From positions 1,736,001 to 1,800,000 of the forward strand of contig JBHGNT010000002.1 in NCBI GenBank assembly GCA_043228905.1: a stretch of DNA of 64,000 nucleotides. The letters run 5' to 3'. The notes beneath the pieces are model-generated. The model was given only the letters and a program-made list of their open reading frames with translations. It ran no database searches and was not told where the DNA came from. Source of the DNA: Azolla caroliniana. Taxonomy: Eukaryota > Plantae > Polypodiophyta. Numbering within the stretch: position 1 is the first letter of the stretch; each line of letters begins with the position of its first letter. A program made the position numbers and the translations under genes. Shown in pieces: positions 36,601-50,289 of the stretch.

Positions 36601-38643
36601 TGGAGTTGATTTTGATGAGATCTTCTCTCAGTTAGTCAAGATGACTACATTAAGAACCATTTTGGGCTTAGTTGCAGCTGAAGATATGGAGCTCATACAG
36701 ATGGATGTGAAGACTATCTTTTTACATGGCGATCTGCATGAAGGCATATATATGCAACAGCCTGAAGGTTTTATGGCTGAAGGCAAAGAGAAGATGGTTT
36801 GTAAGCTCAAAAAGAGTTTTTATGGGTTGAAACAAGCACCAAGAGAATGATATCATAAATTTGATACATTTATGGAGTCTCAAGGTTTTCGTAGAAGTCA
36901 AGTGGACCACTGCTTGTACACCAAGAAGGCAAGAGATGGTAGCCTGATTATCTTGGTTTTGTATGTTGATGATACGTTGATTGCTGGCAAGGATATTCAT
37001 GCCTTGGATTCATTGAAGCAAAGCCTTCATGGCAGCTTTGATATGAAGGATCTTGGTGATGCAAATCACATCCTTGGCATGCAAATGCTCCGAAACCGGT
37101 TGAAAGGGGTACTCCTATCTCAGCAGGAGTATATCTCTAAGGTTTTGCATTGTTTTAATATGGAGGGGGGGAAAACAATTTGGGTTCCATTGCCTCCATA
37201 TTTGAAACTCAGTGCAGAAGACAGCCCTACATCTGTTGATGAGAAGGCTGAAATGGCTAAGGTTCCATATGCCTCAGCTGTTGGCAGTTTGATATATGTG
37301 ATGGTTGCTACACATTGCAGTGGGAGTGGTTAGTAGGTACATGGCAAATCCCAGCAAAAAGCATTGGGAAGCGGTGAAAGGTATTATGAGATACCTCAAA
37401 GGCATAAAGGACTTGTGCATTTGCTTTGGAAAGCATAAGGCATCTGTCGTTGGTTTTACAGATGCGGACTATGCTTGTCACGTGGGCTGCAGAAAGTCTA
37501 CTTCTGGGTATGTGTTTACTTTCATAGGAGGAGTGCTCTCTTGGATCTCTGGGCTACAGAAGCGTGTTGCATTGTCTACTACAGAGGCAGAGTATGTTGC
37601 CACTGAGGCATGCAAGGAGGCTTTATGGCTTTCACATCTATTGAGAGATCTTGGCATTACAGAGTTACCTATTCTTCATTGTGACAATCAGAGTGCTATC
37701 ATGCTAGCTCGGAATCCCGTCTTTCATGCAAAGACGAAGCACATATAGGTGAAGTATCACTTCATCAGAGATGTACTTGACAACAAGAACATGGAGCTTG
37801 TCAAAGTACATACAAATGATAATCCTGCAGATCTTCTCACGAAGGGTCTTCTAGCTGAGTGATTTGCTCATTGTCAACAGACGATGGGAGTTGGATAGAT
37901 GTATGTAGTTCAGCTTTGTACATACTTGGACTTAGCTGACTTTTTTTTTTCCTCATGGCACATTGCCTTTAGGTGGGAGGTTGTTGAGAATAAAGGGCCA
38001 TCGTGCCTTTTATTAGTGCACGTGTGTGAATGCACTCGTTATTGGATATATATATATATATATCCAAAAACCCCCCAAAAGTGGTACACACTTTGTACCC
38101 AAGACAACGTGCATCTCTCTCTCTCTCCTTTTGTCTCTCACTCAGACTCTCTCTCTCTCTGGTTGACCTAAAACCTTAATCATCGTGTTGCCCTTTGTGA
38201 CATTGTATGGATGGCTACCCACCGTATTGCACAGTTATTGTAATTAGTATTTGCTCTCTTTAGAGGGTGCTTCACCCATCCTTCCTGTGATGAGGCTGCT
38301 CAAGTTATGAATTGTACAAGATCGTAGATCATTGTGTTCAGACCGATATTATTTACCCATTTTAATAATAGTAATGTGTGCACATAATGATAATGGTAAC
38401 TGTAGAGTACATTTAATTGTGAGGCACATTATCAAAACATGTGTATGAAAATGATTTATCATTTCAGGGCCAACAGGAGAGTTAGTTGCCACAGCAGATG
38501 AAAACAAGGAAGCAGTACTGGTGGCAAAGTTTGACTTGAACATGATCAAAGAACAAAGATATAGTTGGGGGATTTTTCGGGATAGGCGCCCCGATTTGTA
38601 TTCAGTTCTTCTTACATCGGATGGGAAACTACTATCTTCCTAA
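24686..38643 (+). CDS. CPA: N-carbamoylputrescine amidohydrolase (nitrilase superfamily; NLP1/AguB), 300 aa, 9 exons
   Basis: Exons 24686-24774, 24886-24934, 31767-31858, 31985-32136, 32244-32290, 32422-32455, 32618-32784, 32873-32969 and 38468-38643 are all GT-AG, phase-consistent and total 903 nt. The catalytic Glu-Lys-Cys triad is intact ([40 protein letters not shown]), plus [17 protein letters not shown] and FRDRRPDLY. Confidence 0.96.
25134..30443 (-). mobile_element. Full-length Ty1/Copia LTR retrotransposon in CPA intron 2 (antisense), young but defective
   Basis: 193-bp LTRs (25134-25326, 30251-30443) differ at 2 positions. TSD TGCCT, tRNA-iMet PBS TGGTATCAGAGC ending at 30250, PPT GAGGGGGAG. 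Domain order gag ([14 protein letters not shown]), protease (WIIDSGAS), integrase, RT (YVDD), RNase H, with stops and frameshifts. Confidence 0.97.
33108..38197 (+). mobile_element. Full-length older Ty1/Copia LTR retrotransposon in CPA intron 8 (sense)
   Basis: Diverged LTRs at 33108-33326 and 37982-38197. TSD TGACA (33103-33107, 38198-38202), PBS TGGTATTAGAGC at 33330, PPT AGGTGGGAGG. Domains gag, WILDSGAS protease, integrase, YVDD RT and RNase H, all with many lesions. Confidence 0.95.
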
Positions 38644-39784
38644 TAAATCTCTACGGCTTCAATATGATTTGACTTCTTTTTTTCAAATTCCCAATCCTTT
38701 TCTACAACTTCATTTGTATATATGTAAAGCTGATTAAGAAGAGTTTCTCAAGCAATTCTCTTCTTTTCAGTGGTGAAGGAAACCATAAACTCACTGGTTT
38801 CTCTAATTATTATTAAACGGAATGTTTAGCCTTAATGTTCTCGCAACATTTTTAAGGATATATATATAAAGGTCACCCTACTCTTTCGAGCTGAAGCATG
38901 TAGATGATGTCTGCCATTTATTACATGGGTAGGTAATGTGGAAGATTTATGTTCATCTGCATTAAGGTTTATGTTTATCTGCACTATGATACACGAAAAG
39001 GTACAAAAGTTTCTTGTCGAATGAGAGTTCGTTTTTGTTTTAAATGACACTTCCTCTTCCATACTGATATGCTTAACTGCACTCTTAGAGTTTTCCATAT
39101 CGACTGGATATCACTAAAATATGGATATGCTATAACAATTAGGAAGGTTCCACTTATTGGAATTGTATAATTCATCCATGGTAATTTATAACATGAACAA
39201 ATAGCTGAATATTTCCTTAATAAAATTTCTCAGAAGTGCTATTAATAAGTTGAGTTTATGTTCATTCCTTGGAAGTTTAAATGGCCAAGTACAGATTGAG
39301 CTCCTTCATTCTGAATTGATTGAACCCTATACATATCTAACTAAACCAATCATCCAAAGCAATTATTTACCATATCAAATTTTTTATTAATATATGTTCT
39401 CTGTGTCGTGTCATAAAGGAAAGACTAGGAGGATGACACAAGCTATACGTAATGCATGGTGTCAATAGGTAAATGGAAACTTTCTAAACCATATTACAGA
39501 AGAGAAAACATGGTGAGACTTGAGAAATTGTATACATACACTAAAACCAACCAGGTATTTAACTCAAAATTATTGAACTTGCTTGCAAAAGAACAGGAGT
39601 TTTACGATTTTAGAACCAAGTATGTAAACAAAACCTTGGTTTGCAGGATAACATAATTTGTTTGAGATACTACACTTAGACTTGACGAAGCTTGGGAATA
39701 TACAATGAAGATAAAACCCTAGAAAGCAAAGTGCTGAAGGATGGCATCAATGGCAGGATAGCTGGTACGCCTCATTGATCAGGG

Positions 39785-42700
39785 TTATGCTGTCTTCTGT
39801 CTAGTACTGCCTGACCGTTTAGATAACTTTGTCTTCCGTTGTCTGAACATGTATATGTACAGCATAAACCACAAGAAAGGATAGACAACCAAGACACCCT
39901 GGAAAAATACACCGAGAAGTAAGAAGATGAAAAATGCTATGACTACATTAATACAGGGCGGATCAAAGAAGGATTTGTCTTACTTGAATAAAATTGTAAT
40001 AACTAAATGGAAGCAAACTGAATGTACGGTTATACAGGTTTAGCGTCTTTATGAATGGAAGGGCTTGATATAGTAGCAAGACTGCATTTCATCACAAATT
40101 CCTTGTTAAAATTTATATAGTTCATACCTTAAAAACACAGCACACTGCAATTTCTTGTTAATAATGTGGTTCATACCTTGAAGAGATATATGCTATTAAG
40201 AAAACAAGAAACAAATTACCTTCACCGCAAAGGGCTCCCACAGGATAAAGAGGTATGAAGATGGAATACCTGCGTGTGACAAAACACACCCTCAAATCTA
40301 ACGAAGACACATTTCAATTCCAAATGCAGAATCACAAAGAATAATTCTAACACATAATTCATACCTGAGCCAAGTCAACCACCAAGGGCAATATCCCAAT
40401 GTATTCAGAGCATATTGGGGATAACGAACAACCTGCACTCATTTCAAATGAACGGCAAGTTGATACAATAGACGCTAAGGGAGAAGTGGAGGTCTTATGG
40501 TACCTCGGTGAGTGACCACGCTACGAATGTAATGAAAACTGATGGAAGTTGCTGAACCTGAAACAAATCCGTTTATGCGAACATCTGTCAGTGCACAATA
40601 TATTGCATCCTACCTATAATTTCATCGTCCTGTCGAGGAAGTGCCTAAACGATAATATTGAAAAAACTTAGAAATGTGCACCATGTAGTGGATTAAGTGC
40701 AAAATTTTTCATCTCTCACAAGGATTTGGAGAAATCACTAAATTTGAAGAGTTTGTCTAGATGTTGCGTGTACAGGGAATGCATCACCATAGTTTTACCC
40801 TGAGAAGGAGGTTTTCTCCTGCTTACAAAATACACATCCAACTAAGGAAATCCGCCATTTGACAATCTCTGTTCCTGGTATAGTAAATTGAAGATACAGC
40901 TACTTGCACTTAGCTGTAGAATTGCACACATGCATGCACACTTATATTATGATGAGGAAAGAGCTGTACGAATCCAACAGAAAGGTATATAATAGTATTA
41001 ATAATGCGTATTGATCATGGAATATGGAACAAACGCATTGATAACTAAAAATATATATACAGATGAAAGGATCTCGATCATATGCAAGTGCCTCAATCTT
41101 GTGTTTGATGGCTAGTTCAATATACAGATGTTGTAAAGATGTGTGAAAGTAAGTACGTTCATTGTGTAATAACTTTAAATTAGGGTAATGTACTCATAGT
41201 AAAATGAAGGATGAAATAACATAGTATTAAATCCATAAGCCATTATGGACTCATCAGGATTCCCGAGCTTATTATACATAAGCATGATCGAAGGATCACC
41301 AACTACGTTCTATACTGCAATCGAATGAGCCCCTAGTTAGATACATATTTATTGTCAAAAGCCTAACCGCGTTCTTGTATCACGTTCCTTAGACCACGAA
41401 AATTCGTTAAAAGCACACAAAGTAATGAAAAATAAACAAACGCAAAATGCATTCTATAACCATGCATATGCTGTACTTTTCTATTGCAATTGCAATCTGC
41501 ACTCTAAATTATTGCAAGGTTATATTGTAAAGCTATACTGTTTCTGGCATGGAATCAAAACCATCTGTTCTATATGAGTAGTTTTCTATTTTCTATTCAT
41601 CATCTACAGATCATTTATTTTATGTGTCTTTCCAACTTTTGGTTACTAAGATTAAACTAAAAGATAACTTGCATTCCAATAGGATGGATTTAGATCCTGG
41701 TTTCTCTACTTACTTTACATTTGGTTCTTTTACCCATCGTTCTTCCATAACCTGATGACGGAAGTAGAACTGAATCTATATCTAAATCCATACATAAAAT
41801 TTTCTGACGGCATAATGAGGAGCTGGTGTTTCTTGAATTAGAGAGCCATGGAACCTCCAGCAGTTTCCTAATACTTCACTGGTTATCTGCAATGTTCTAA
41901 AACTTAATCACTATTTCATCTCCAAATTCCAAAGAGTAGTTATCCTACTTCATGCTCCAATAAACAATTACTGGCTAGTGAACAATGAACTAGATCTGGA
42001 CATCTATGATACGTGGTATGAAATTTGATCTCGACTCCAGCTGCAGCTGGTGGACATGATTTAAAGAAACATGAAACTCTACAGACATTTTGACATCTTC
42101 AACAAACACATTTTCAAGCTGTAAAGATTACAGAAAATCCAGGAGCAGACTAAAAGACCGATGCCAAGGATGCTTGATCCTTGGAGAAGGTCGTCCATCA
42201 CTTTGACAACAAAACAAGCAACTCACACACATTTAATAGCACATTAGTCTTCCCATCCTGATTCAAAAGCTGTAAGATATAGCTCTGAGGAAATGGACTT
42301 CTTGCTATTTATTAGCTGTCAATGCTATTTTTTATCTGCAGAACGTCGTAAAAATAGCCAAATGTTAAAACGGTTCCATGTAACACAATTAGCTCTCAAA
42401 AAAAGATATTAACTCTCTCTCCCTCTCTCACACACAGCACGCAAAGAGTATTACCTGTTGATGGCATCATTACTGATTATGAGTTAAGAAGATCATGAGA
42501 GTTAAGAACAGAAGAAAATTGCAAACCTGTTTGACGTTACAAACGACTGCAGCGATCCAATGGTACCGTCCACCCCACTGTAGGAAGGAGGGGAACACTG
42601 CAGTAGGGACGATACCTGAGAGAGGATGAAGGCGTCAGAAAAGTCAACTATATATGTAAAACAGAATAAACTGTGTCGATCTGTTGAGATTTCATGAGCG

Positions 42701-43209
42701 TGAAGAAAATGTAGGTAAGTAGGACGTTTTGCAGTACCTAATGCAGCATGTACAATCTCCATGAAAGCTGCAAGCTGAAGAATTCCTGTGTTGAAGATAA
42801 AAAATAAATGATAGATCAATCTTGCCTTTTCGCAAATGATGGAAGTAAGGTCAACGGAGTAGAAATGATTTCCGAAACTTACTGATGAGACTTCCAGCAG
42901 CACGGAAAGATCCGTCTATCGAATGTGAGAGAAAAGCCTGTTTGAAGATAAGCCCCAACGCCATGGCCCTAATTTCAACATCACCGTCATGGCAGAAAAT
43001 TTGTGAAGAAGATTGTATGAGAATATTAAGATAGAGAGGAGGATGATGACCACGGGTATGGAAATATATAACTCATGCAAAAATGAGCTTGAATTAGAGA
43101 ACACGATGACTGATAAACTAGGGAAGAAGAAGAAGCACCATCCAAATGCCTGTGCGAGGTTGTAGGCCACGAGGTAAATCTTCACGAAGCTTCGGTTGAT
43201 CATCGCCAT
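39785..43209 (-). CDS. PTPLA: Very-long-chain 3-hydroxyacyl-CoA dehydratase (PTPLA/HACD/PAS2 family), 225 aa, 9 exons
   Basis: Exons 43209-43139, 42968-42883, 42785-42738, 42615-42527, 40557-40504, 40432-40365, 40269-40220, 40081-39984 and 39898-39785 are GT-AG, phase-consistent and total 678 nt. Motifs: YLVAYN, EIVHAALGIV, LQWGGR, WSLTEVVRYP, WLRYSIFIPLYPVG..GE (catalytic Tyr/Glu), YMFRQRKTKL. Confidence 0.93.
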
Positions 43210-43738
43210 ATCGTGTCTGTGCGAGGTCAGCTATGCAGGAACACGAGCTGAGGAAGGAAAGCCTGCTGAAAGCTTCAGCTACAAGCTACACTGCGAGGCC
43301 TTCATGAATCCATATCCATTTCAGTCTGCTTTACACCTACAATATATAACTTGATAAACGTCCTTACCTAATAATAATAACCTTTACAAAATTACAGACG
43401 TACCCTCCGTGGAAATTGAACGCCACAATCTCTATTTATTTGTTACATGAGGCTAAGGCGGACAATGTCTCAAAGGTACATATACAATTGTTGCAACGTA
43501 ACGATGACCGCCTAGAAAACATGTATCACCGTGTTCATATATGGGCTCATTTGGAAATGGTGTCATGGAAATGTGTGTCTGTGTGTGAAATGTGTGCAGG
43601 GCCACTAGGGACTTGAATCAAAGAGGAGGGGATCGACCCGAGCAATTGACGTTAGAGTGCTTGTAATATGTCACTTATTTTGGGGGTATTAAGTTTACTT
43701 CTTAATATTCGTGGGTGAGTGCATTATGTTGTACGCAA

Positions 43739-43739
<1 letters not shown>

Positions 43740-43794
<55 letters not shown>
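43740..43794. repeat. (GT)n microsatellite
   Basis: Perfect GT dinucleotide run of about 27 units. Confidence 0.95.
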
Positions 43795-43798
<4 letters not shown>

Positions 43799-46700
43799 CA
43801 AGTGGGACCGCAAGGACCTGAACCATGGATGACATGATGTCGCGAGAGAACTCTTTAAACCCCTTATTGGGTTGTCTCGTCTAAACTCCCCTTTAAGTAA
43901 AATAACCTTGTTGGGATCAAGGATTTTTTATACAATTGTAGTACTTGTTTGAGTTGCATGCTCGTTGGAATTGGAAGCTCATTAATATCATGGGCTCGTT
44001 GGAATTGTGAGCTCGTTAACATTGGAAGCTTGTTGGAATTGTTGGAGTTGCAAGTACACTGGGATGAAAGGCTCCCTGGTGTCGAACGCTCGTTGGAATT
44101 AGAGGCTTGTTGGCCCATGGCCCCACTCCACGATTCAACCTCTCTATCTCTCTTTCTCTCTCTCACCATGAAATCACTTGAATGGTTAGGAACAAAATTA
44201 ACACTATACAACTTTATTAAGTTTAAAACAAAGTTTTACAAGAAATCCCCATTTCAAAATACAGTTTATAATGCTATTACAAAATAATCACGATGATTAT
44301 TGCGAGGAGTGTTACAACGGTGGTAATAAGGGTAGACCAATTAAGCTAACAATGGGAATCCACTCTATGTGGGATCTACAAGGCCTCGCCTATAATCAAT
44401 GGTGACATTGCCTTTTGTTGATGTAGTGTCCTCATGCCATTTTGAGCATTCTTTTTTGACTGATAACCGATCTATGTTTTCTTCTATTGAACACCCTTCC
44501 AACACACTACAATGGCTTGATGGTGGTTACCAAACACCAAAACAAGAAAGGAAGAAGATGAACGAGAGGTGGTCCAATTCCACTCTTTACCCCCAACTCT
44601 AAGACCAAGCGAAAATAAGAAGAAAAAAAAGAAACCCTAAAATAAGAAAATGAAGACGTCTTGAGCTAATTAAAACCCTCAAAAGCAAAAAAATACCCAC
44701 CCCAAAAAGAGCCTTTTTTATTATTATAGTGAGATAGGTACCCCTTTCCATAAAATATATAAAAAGACCAAGTATGTACTCTATACATTGGATAGGACTT
44801 GAACTTTACACTTGTTTTTTTCTATTTCTACCTTTGGACCCACCACATCACAACAATATGTAAGTGTGTGAGCGGTATATATATATATATATATATGCAT
44901 GCAAGTGTGTATGTGTGCATAGGTATTTTATATGTGTGCTTGAAGGAATGTGTAAATATATGTATTTGTGTGTGTATGGTTGTGTTTGTACAATGTAAGT
45001 GCTTAAGTGTAGTGTAGGCAATATTTTTTTTTCTAAACAAGATATCCTTCCCTTAGTTTAAAAATAGTGTAGGCAATTTTATTGGTAGTTTGAAGGGTAT
45101 TTTGGTAAGACAAGTTTAAGTGTAAAGGAGGGTAGAAATCTTAATATTCTTCATAATGATGTAAGTTTTGGTATATAAGTATATATGTTTGTATCAATAT
45201 ATAGGAATGTGCTAATGTGGATATATACATATGTTTAGGTGTGTATATAATCGTGTCTTTTGCGTGTATTCTAAATTTCAAAGTCTGTGTTTATCTAAAT
45301 GAATATGTATGTTCAAGGTATTGGTAGATTGGAGGAGTATTCCAGGAAATGGTTAAAAAAGTTCTAGCTTGTTTGGGTAGAATTTTGTTTTGTTTTCCTA
45401 TTATTCTCTCTTAAAGTATAAAATGAAGGGCTTAGGTGTTGAATGATGTGGAAGATGAAGTTGCTTGACATGTCGGTGTGATGTGGCAGATGACTTCAAT
45501 TGTTGATGTGGTAGGAGGTGTCGATACATAACGGTGTCAATAGGTGGTAGTCGTTTTATAGTTGCAATTGGAATGGAGGCTCTCATTTGCCTCTTTGCAT
45601 TGATGTATTTGTCACTTGCGTTTCTTTTCGGTGAGCAATTGTGATGGGTGGTGCCACCCCCTCTTCCTTGACCCTTTCAAGGAAATATCTAAGAGGCTTC
45701 CTCGTCTTTTCTCGAGCTTCAAGGAAAGGGGAGCTCAAATCACAAGCTTTCCTTGAAGCTTGAGGAAATATCTCTTTCCAGATGGCTTCAAGGAAAGGGC
45801 CCCTTCGGACAAGGCGTCTGAGGGAGGTTTTCTAAAAGCAAGGATAGAGGAATTCATTTTAGCGAAAGTTACAAACTGGCCCTCTTTTGAGTCCGAAGCT
45901 TAATTCCCCAAAATCGCAATTCCATTCGCTTTCTTTGGACACTGTTCGGTAGATGAGATGCCCATTTTGATTGATGTGCCATGTTCCCCATTGTTTGAAA
46001 TTCCATTGTACACGTAACTTTTCTCTCTATGGTCGAAATTGCATTCGGAAAATTTCAAATAATGACTCTTGCAAGGATTCCCTTGTTATGATATGGTGAC
46101 CCCTTTGAAGCGGCATCCTTGCATTCATTTTTGTTGAATTAACCCAAATTCACATATGTTTGCAAACCAATCTTGGACTTTCGAGCCAAAAAATCTACTA
46201 GTGACATCCTTGTTAAATTGTGATTCACACAAAATAGTTGAATTACCAAAAATAAATTTGTATAGGTAATTTAAATTCTATTGCATCAAATTGGCTTACG
46301 ATATTAATCCGAGACACACAATATTATGAAATATTACATGGAGTGGCTTCATTTGCAAGCAGTTAAGATAAAAAAATACTAGATCAAGGTGAATCTTGAG
46401 CTTCAGGAGGAAATCCTCAAGTTTTGGTGCAACGTCCCAACAAACGACAATCACGTCACCTTTTGTCACAGTTGGTCTTGCACGTTTTCTTGGTTCACAA
46501 ACTCGAGTCCAAAAATTCCGCAACATTTCTGCCTTGCACTAAAATCAGATGCCCAACAATGAGCTATTTACTCTCTTTTATAGGCACCTCAAAAAGTGAT
46601 CACTTCTTTTATTATGCTCCTTGCCTTTTCCCATTTTGTATGCACCTATACTTATCCTCTAAGAGCATCTAGTCTACTTGGAAATTTTTTATTGTCAAAG

Positions 46701-47166
46701 TTATTCATTCACATCACCCTCAATTAACCCATCGAAGTCGACATATTCCTTTCATTGTTCAAATAAGATTCAAACCGTTGACTTTATCATTTCAATAGTG
46801 AGATCCTATCAATTAAGCTATGTCTTATTATTGACTTATCCTCAATTTACCAATATCTCTCTAATTATACCTTTGTGTAAGCCTTCAACCTTTCATAAAT
46901 CTATAATTTGATGCTTTTCCTCCCATGAGCACCTCACATGACGAAAACATGGGTCACCCTACAAACTATTCCATATGTTTGTTGATCTTAGATCTGAAGT
47001 CACCATGCAAACTATTTCAAATGCCTACTCGTACAAGCACTCTAGAACTAGCAAGTTGGCGATGGAGTGTTTGTACAAGTAGGCATAGGGAATAGTTTAT
47101 AGGGTGACTTTAGTTATGATATTGGCATGTATATGGAATAGTTTGTAGGGTGACTTCAGTTTTGAT

Positions 47167-47197
<31 letters not shown>

Positions 47198-48419
47198 GGC
47201 AAGGGATCAAATCATGGTTGTGTGACAAATATTTGTCTAGATGAGATGTGGAGGAAGTTCGTATGCAACACCCAAAGTGGAACAATGAGCCATTGAGATG
47301 AAATGGGTAACGAGTGTTGATCTTGGTTCCATTATAAGAAATGGGGATGCCCTAAAAGGCTTGAGCCCAATGTTGGATCCAAGCAAGAGAGGGGACAACC
47401 AAGACTTAAGACATGTACTTGGTGTTGCATACCTTGAGTCAACACAACAAATTGAACAAGAAGTATATAAAAATTTGCCATGCCTTAAATATATACTAGC
47501 CCAAATAATGTTTTCCCCTCCCTCCATATTAGGTGGGTCTTTGTGCTTCTGTAAGGGTCACCCTCCACATATTATGAACTACCTTATTGTTTTGGCTTAC
47601 AAAGGTTTGTTTACTAAGTCTTTTTTCCTTAATCCTTATTCTCTATGCTTGGCTTGGCGACTATTGGAATAAAAGGTCCTACTCCAACCCGACCATTGTA
47701 TTTCTAAGTGTATATTTACCTTGGAGTTAGGGCAAAGCCCATTCATGTATTAATAGGACGTATTTCCTCCTTGTACAGATGATGCAGAATAATATGATGT
47801 CTCTTTGGCCTAACTACCTATGTAACTATCTCTCTCTTTCTCTATGAATACTCTCTGTGCATATTGTATTCTAGATACTGCACAAGTTCTCACGCTTACT
47901 CGATGTTTGTTGTTACACATTTCACATAAGACTAGACACCACACTAATACCAACAACGACCCTCCACATATGGAATGCCTTATGGTTTTGGATTAAAAAG
48001 GTTTGCTTACTTAAGTCTTTTTTCCTTGGTCTTTATTCTCTATGCTTGGCTTGTTTGTAGAATTGCCCTCATATTGCCAATGACAGGGATGAGAAGAGCC
48101 CCTTTAGGCTAAACGCAAAAAATATTGAATCCTACATTTATAATAAATTATCACCCTTGCATTTTTCTACATTCTTGTGATATTCCAACAATTTCCCCAA
48201 ATTTCCGAATACACCTTATTCTTCTTTACACATTCTCATTCTACAACTTATGTACAAATGAGGATATTATTATAATGTCCTCCAAAAGTTTGAAACATGA
48301 TGCTTTGGTCTAAAAGGAGCATTACAAGATAGTCTCTTGTGATTGTGCAATTGGTGTAGCCACAATAGGCTCGTGTATGTTTTACGGATCACACCTCTGC
48401 TTAAGTAGCACAATATGTT

Positions 48420-50255
48420 TGAGGACAATAATGCTTAAAGTTCAACGCCTAATACGGAATTTTTTTTTGGGGGAACAACGTGTCTAATAATCCGGTAGCA
48501 AAGGTAGCTTGGATGGTTCTTATACAATCTAAGCGGAAAGGAGGTTTAGGTTTGATTGGTCCTTTTATGCAAAGTAAAGCCTTACTTTCTAAACATGTTG
48601 TTAGGAGTTTATTACCAGGAGAGGAGTTATGGAAAAAGCTATGGATCCGACATTTACATAACGTTAAGCCATCAACAGGTGGTCAATGGAAAGATAGTCT
48701 TAGATGGTTTTTTAATGCAGATTTTCCATTGCCAAAGTCTAATGTTGGATCCTTACGTTTTTTTAATGGAATATTTCGAGCATGGGAAAGTGTTCGCCAA
48801 GCACTCGTTTTCTTGCCTCCAAAAACTTATACTCAATTCATGCGTCAACCTTTGATATGGAACCCTTTATTTACGGATGAAGCCACATGTGTGTTGGGTC
48901 TCAGGCCTAGGTTATCTTGGGTTGCAATGGATAATGGTCCAGCTCGTACAATTGCAGATTGGATAAACTTCTTGCAGACATCGGCTCAGGAACGAAAGAA
49001 TAGGTTGTATAGGCTAAGAGGGGCAAATATAATGGTAGATCAATTGTCCATGGTGTATCAAGTCACAGTACCAACTTTGCAACTTGATCGGTTTCAAAGG
49101 TGGTACAGTATGTTTTCGACACTTAATATACTTATAGGTGCTCGTTTATACAATCAAAATGGCAGTATGCACTTCTATGAAGTGTTGGATAATGGTAGGT
49201 TGATATTAGTAGACGTCGAGTCTCCAATCATGTCTGCTGCAAAGCAATTACCAGTGCGAGTAATTGCTAGATTGGATAAAAAATTAGTTATTGACCCTAG
49301 TCCCTTAACTGCGAACTATGCATCTCATATTTGGGTTGTACATGCTAGACCACTTGTGGATCTGCAGTGGGATCCTGCGGATTATGGTTGGAAATTGTCC
49401 ATGCCTAATAGTTCCACTAAGGTCCTACCATTCTTCACATATTCGGTGGCGTTCGGGAGAAACTTTATGTTGAGTCTGACTGAGTCAATACCTGCGGGGA
49501 AAAAGTATTGGGACGAAGGTAATGTATCATCTTCTCAGATGATGATGTTTTGGAAACACTTTTGGTCAATTAAATGTATGAACAAGATATTACACTTTCG
49601 TTGGTTGATGATTCATTATGTGTTGCCAGTAGGTGATTTGATGAGGGGATTTGTAACTAATTGGTCATGCGTTATGTGTGGTTATGCAAGTGAGTCATTG
49701 CATCATGTATTTTGGGAATGTGTTGTCGCAAAAAAGTTTTGGTTTAGAATTCTTAGGCTACTAGGTCATAAGTATAGGTCAGGGATTTTTACGTGGGGTG
49801 CAGTTTTATGGGGAAGGTTAGATCAACAAATGACTTTCTATCATCAACATTATTCTTCTTTGTCATTACGTGTCACAAGTTTGCAGGTAGACTATGCTTC
49901 AACCTCCTTGTAGGGAATCAAGTTTTTCTCCGGAAGTTATGTCTGGCAAATTGTCTCCTCTTTGGCTTTATGGATTCTTTGGAAAGTTAGGTGCTCTAAG
50001 CTATACAATGATGAAAACACTCACATCGTGGATCAAGTTAAGTCCTTTTGGAACTTGTTGGTACATACAGTTAAAGGTGAATGTGATAGTTATAAGGGTT
50101 CTGGACATACAACTAATAAGAAAAGAATGAGAATTCGTAAAGTTTGGTCGTCTATACCTATTATGTTGAATGAAGCCGCAGATGTCAAGTGGAACTATGT
50201 ACTGCCTCGGTGGTTATTCCCGCCACCGGCACCATCTTTAGTACAAATACCATGA
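48420..50255 (+). mobile_element. L1-type LINE ORF2 C-terminal fragment (post-RT and zf-RVT)
   Basis: IRNFFWG..KVAW....KRKGGLGL, LLSKHVVR and the zinc knuckle CVMCGYASESLHHVFWEC, then LWILWKVRC after a frameshift. Confidence 0.85.
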
Positions 50256-50289
50256 TATAATATAGATGATCGTTTATCTTTTTGTCGGG

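Noticed and set aside
43860-47700. Possible Gypsy/LTR remnants
   Set aside because: LTR-like texture and short repeats are present, but no paired LTRs, TSD or protein motif could be pinned down.
48480-49913. 477-aa ORF as a novel host gene
   Set aside because: It is the C-terminal part of a LINE ORF2 (GGLGL and zf-RVT motifs) with a downstream frameshift.
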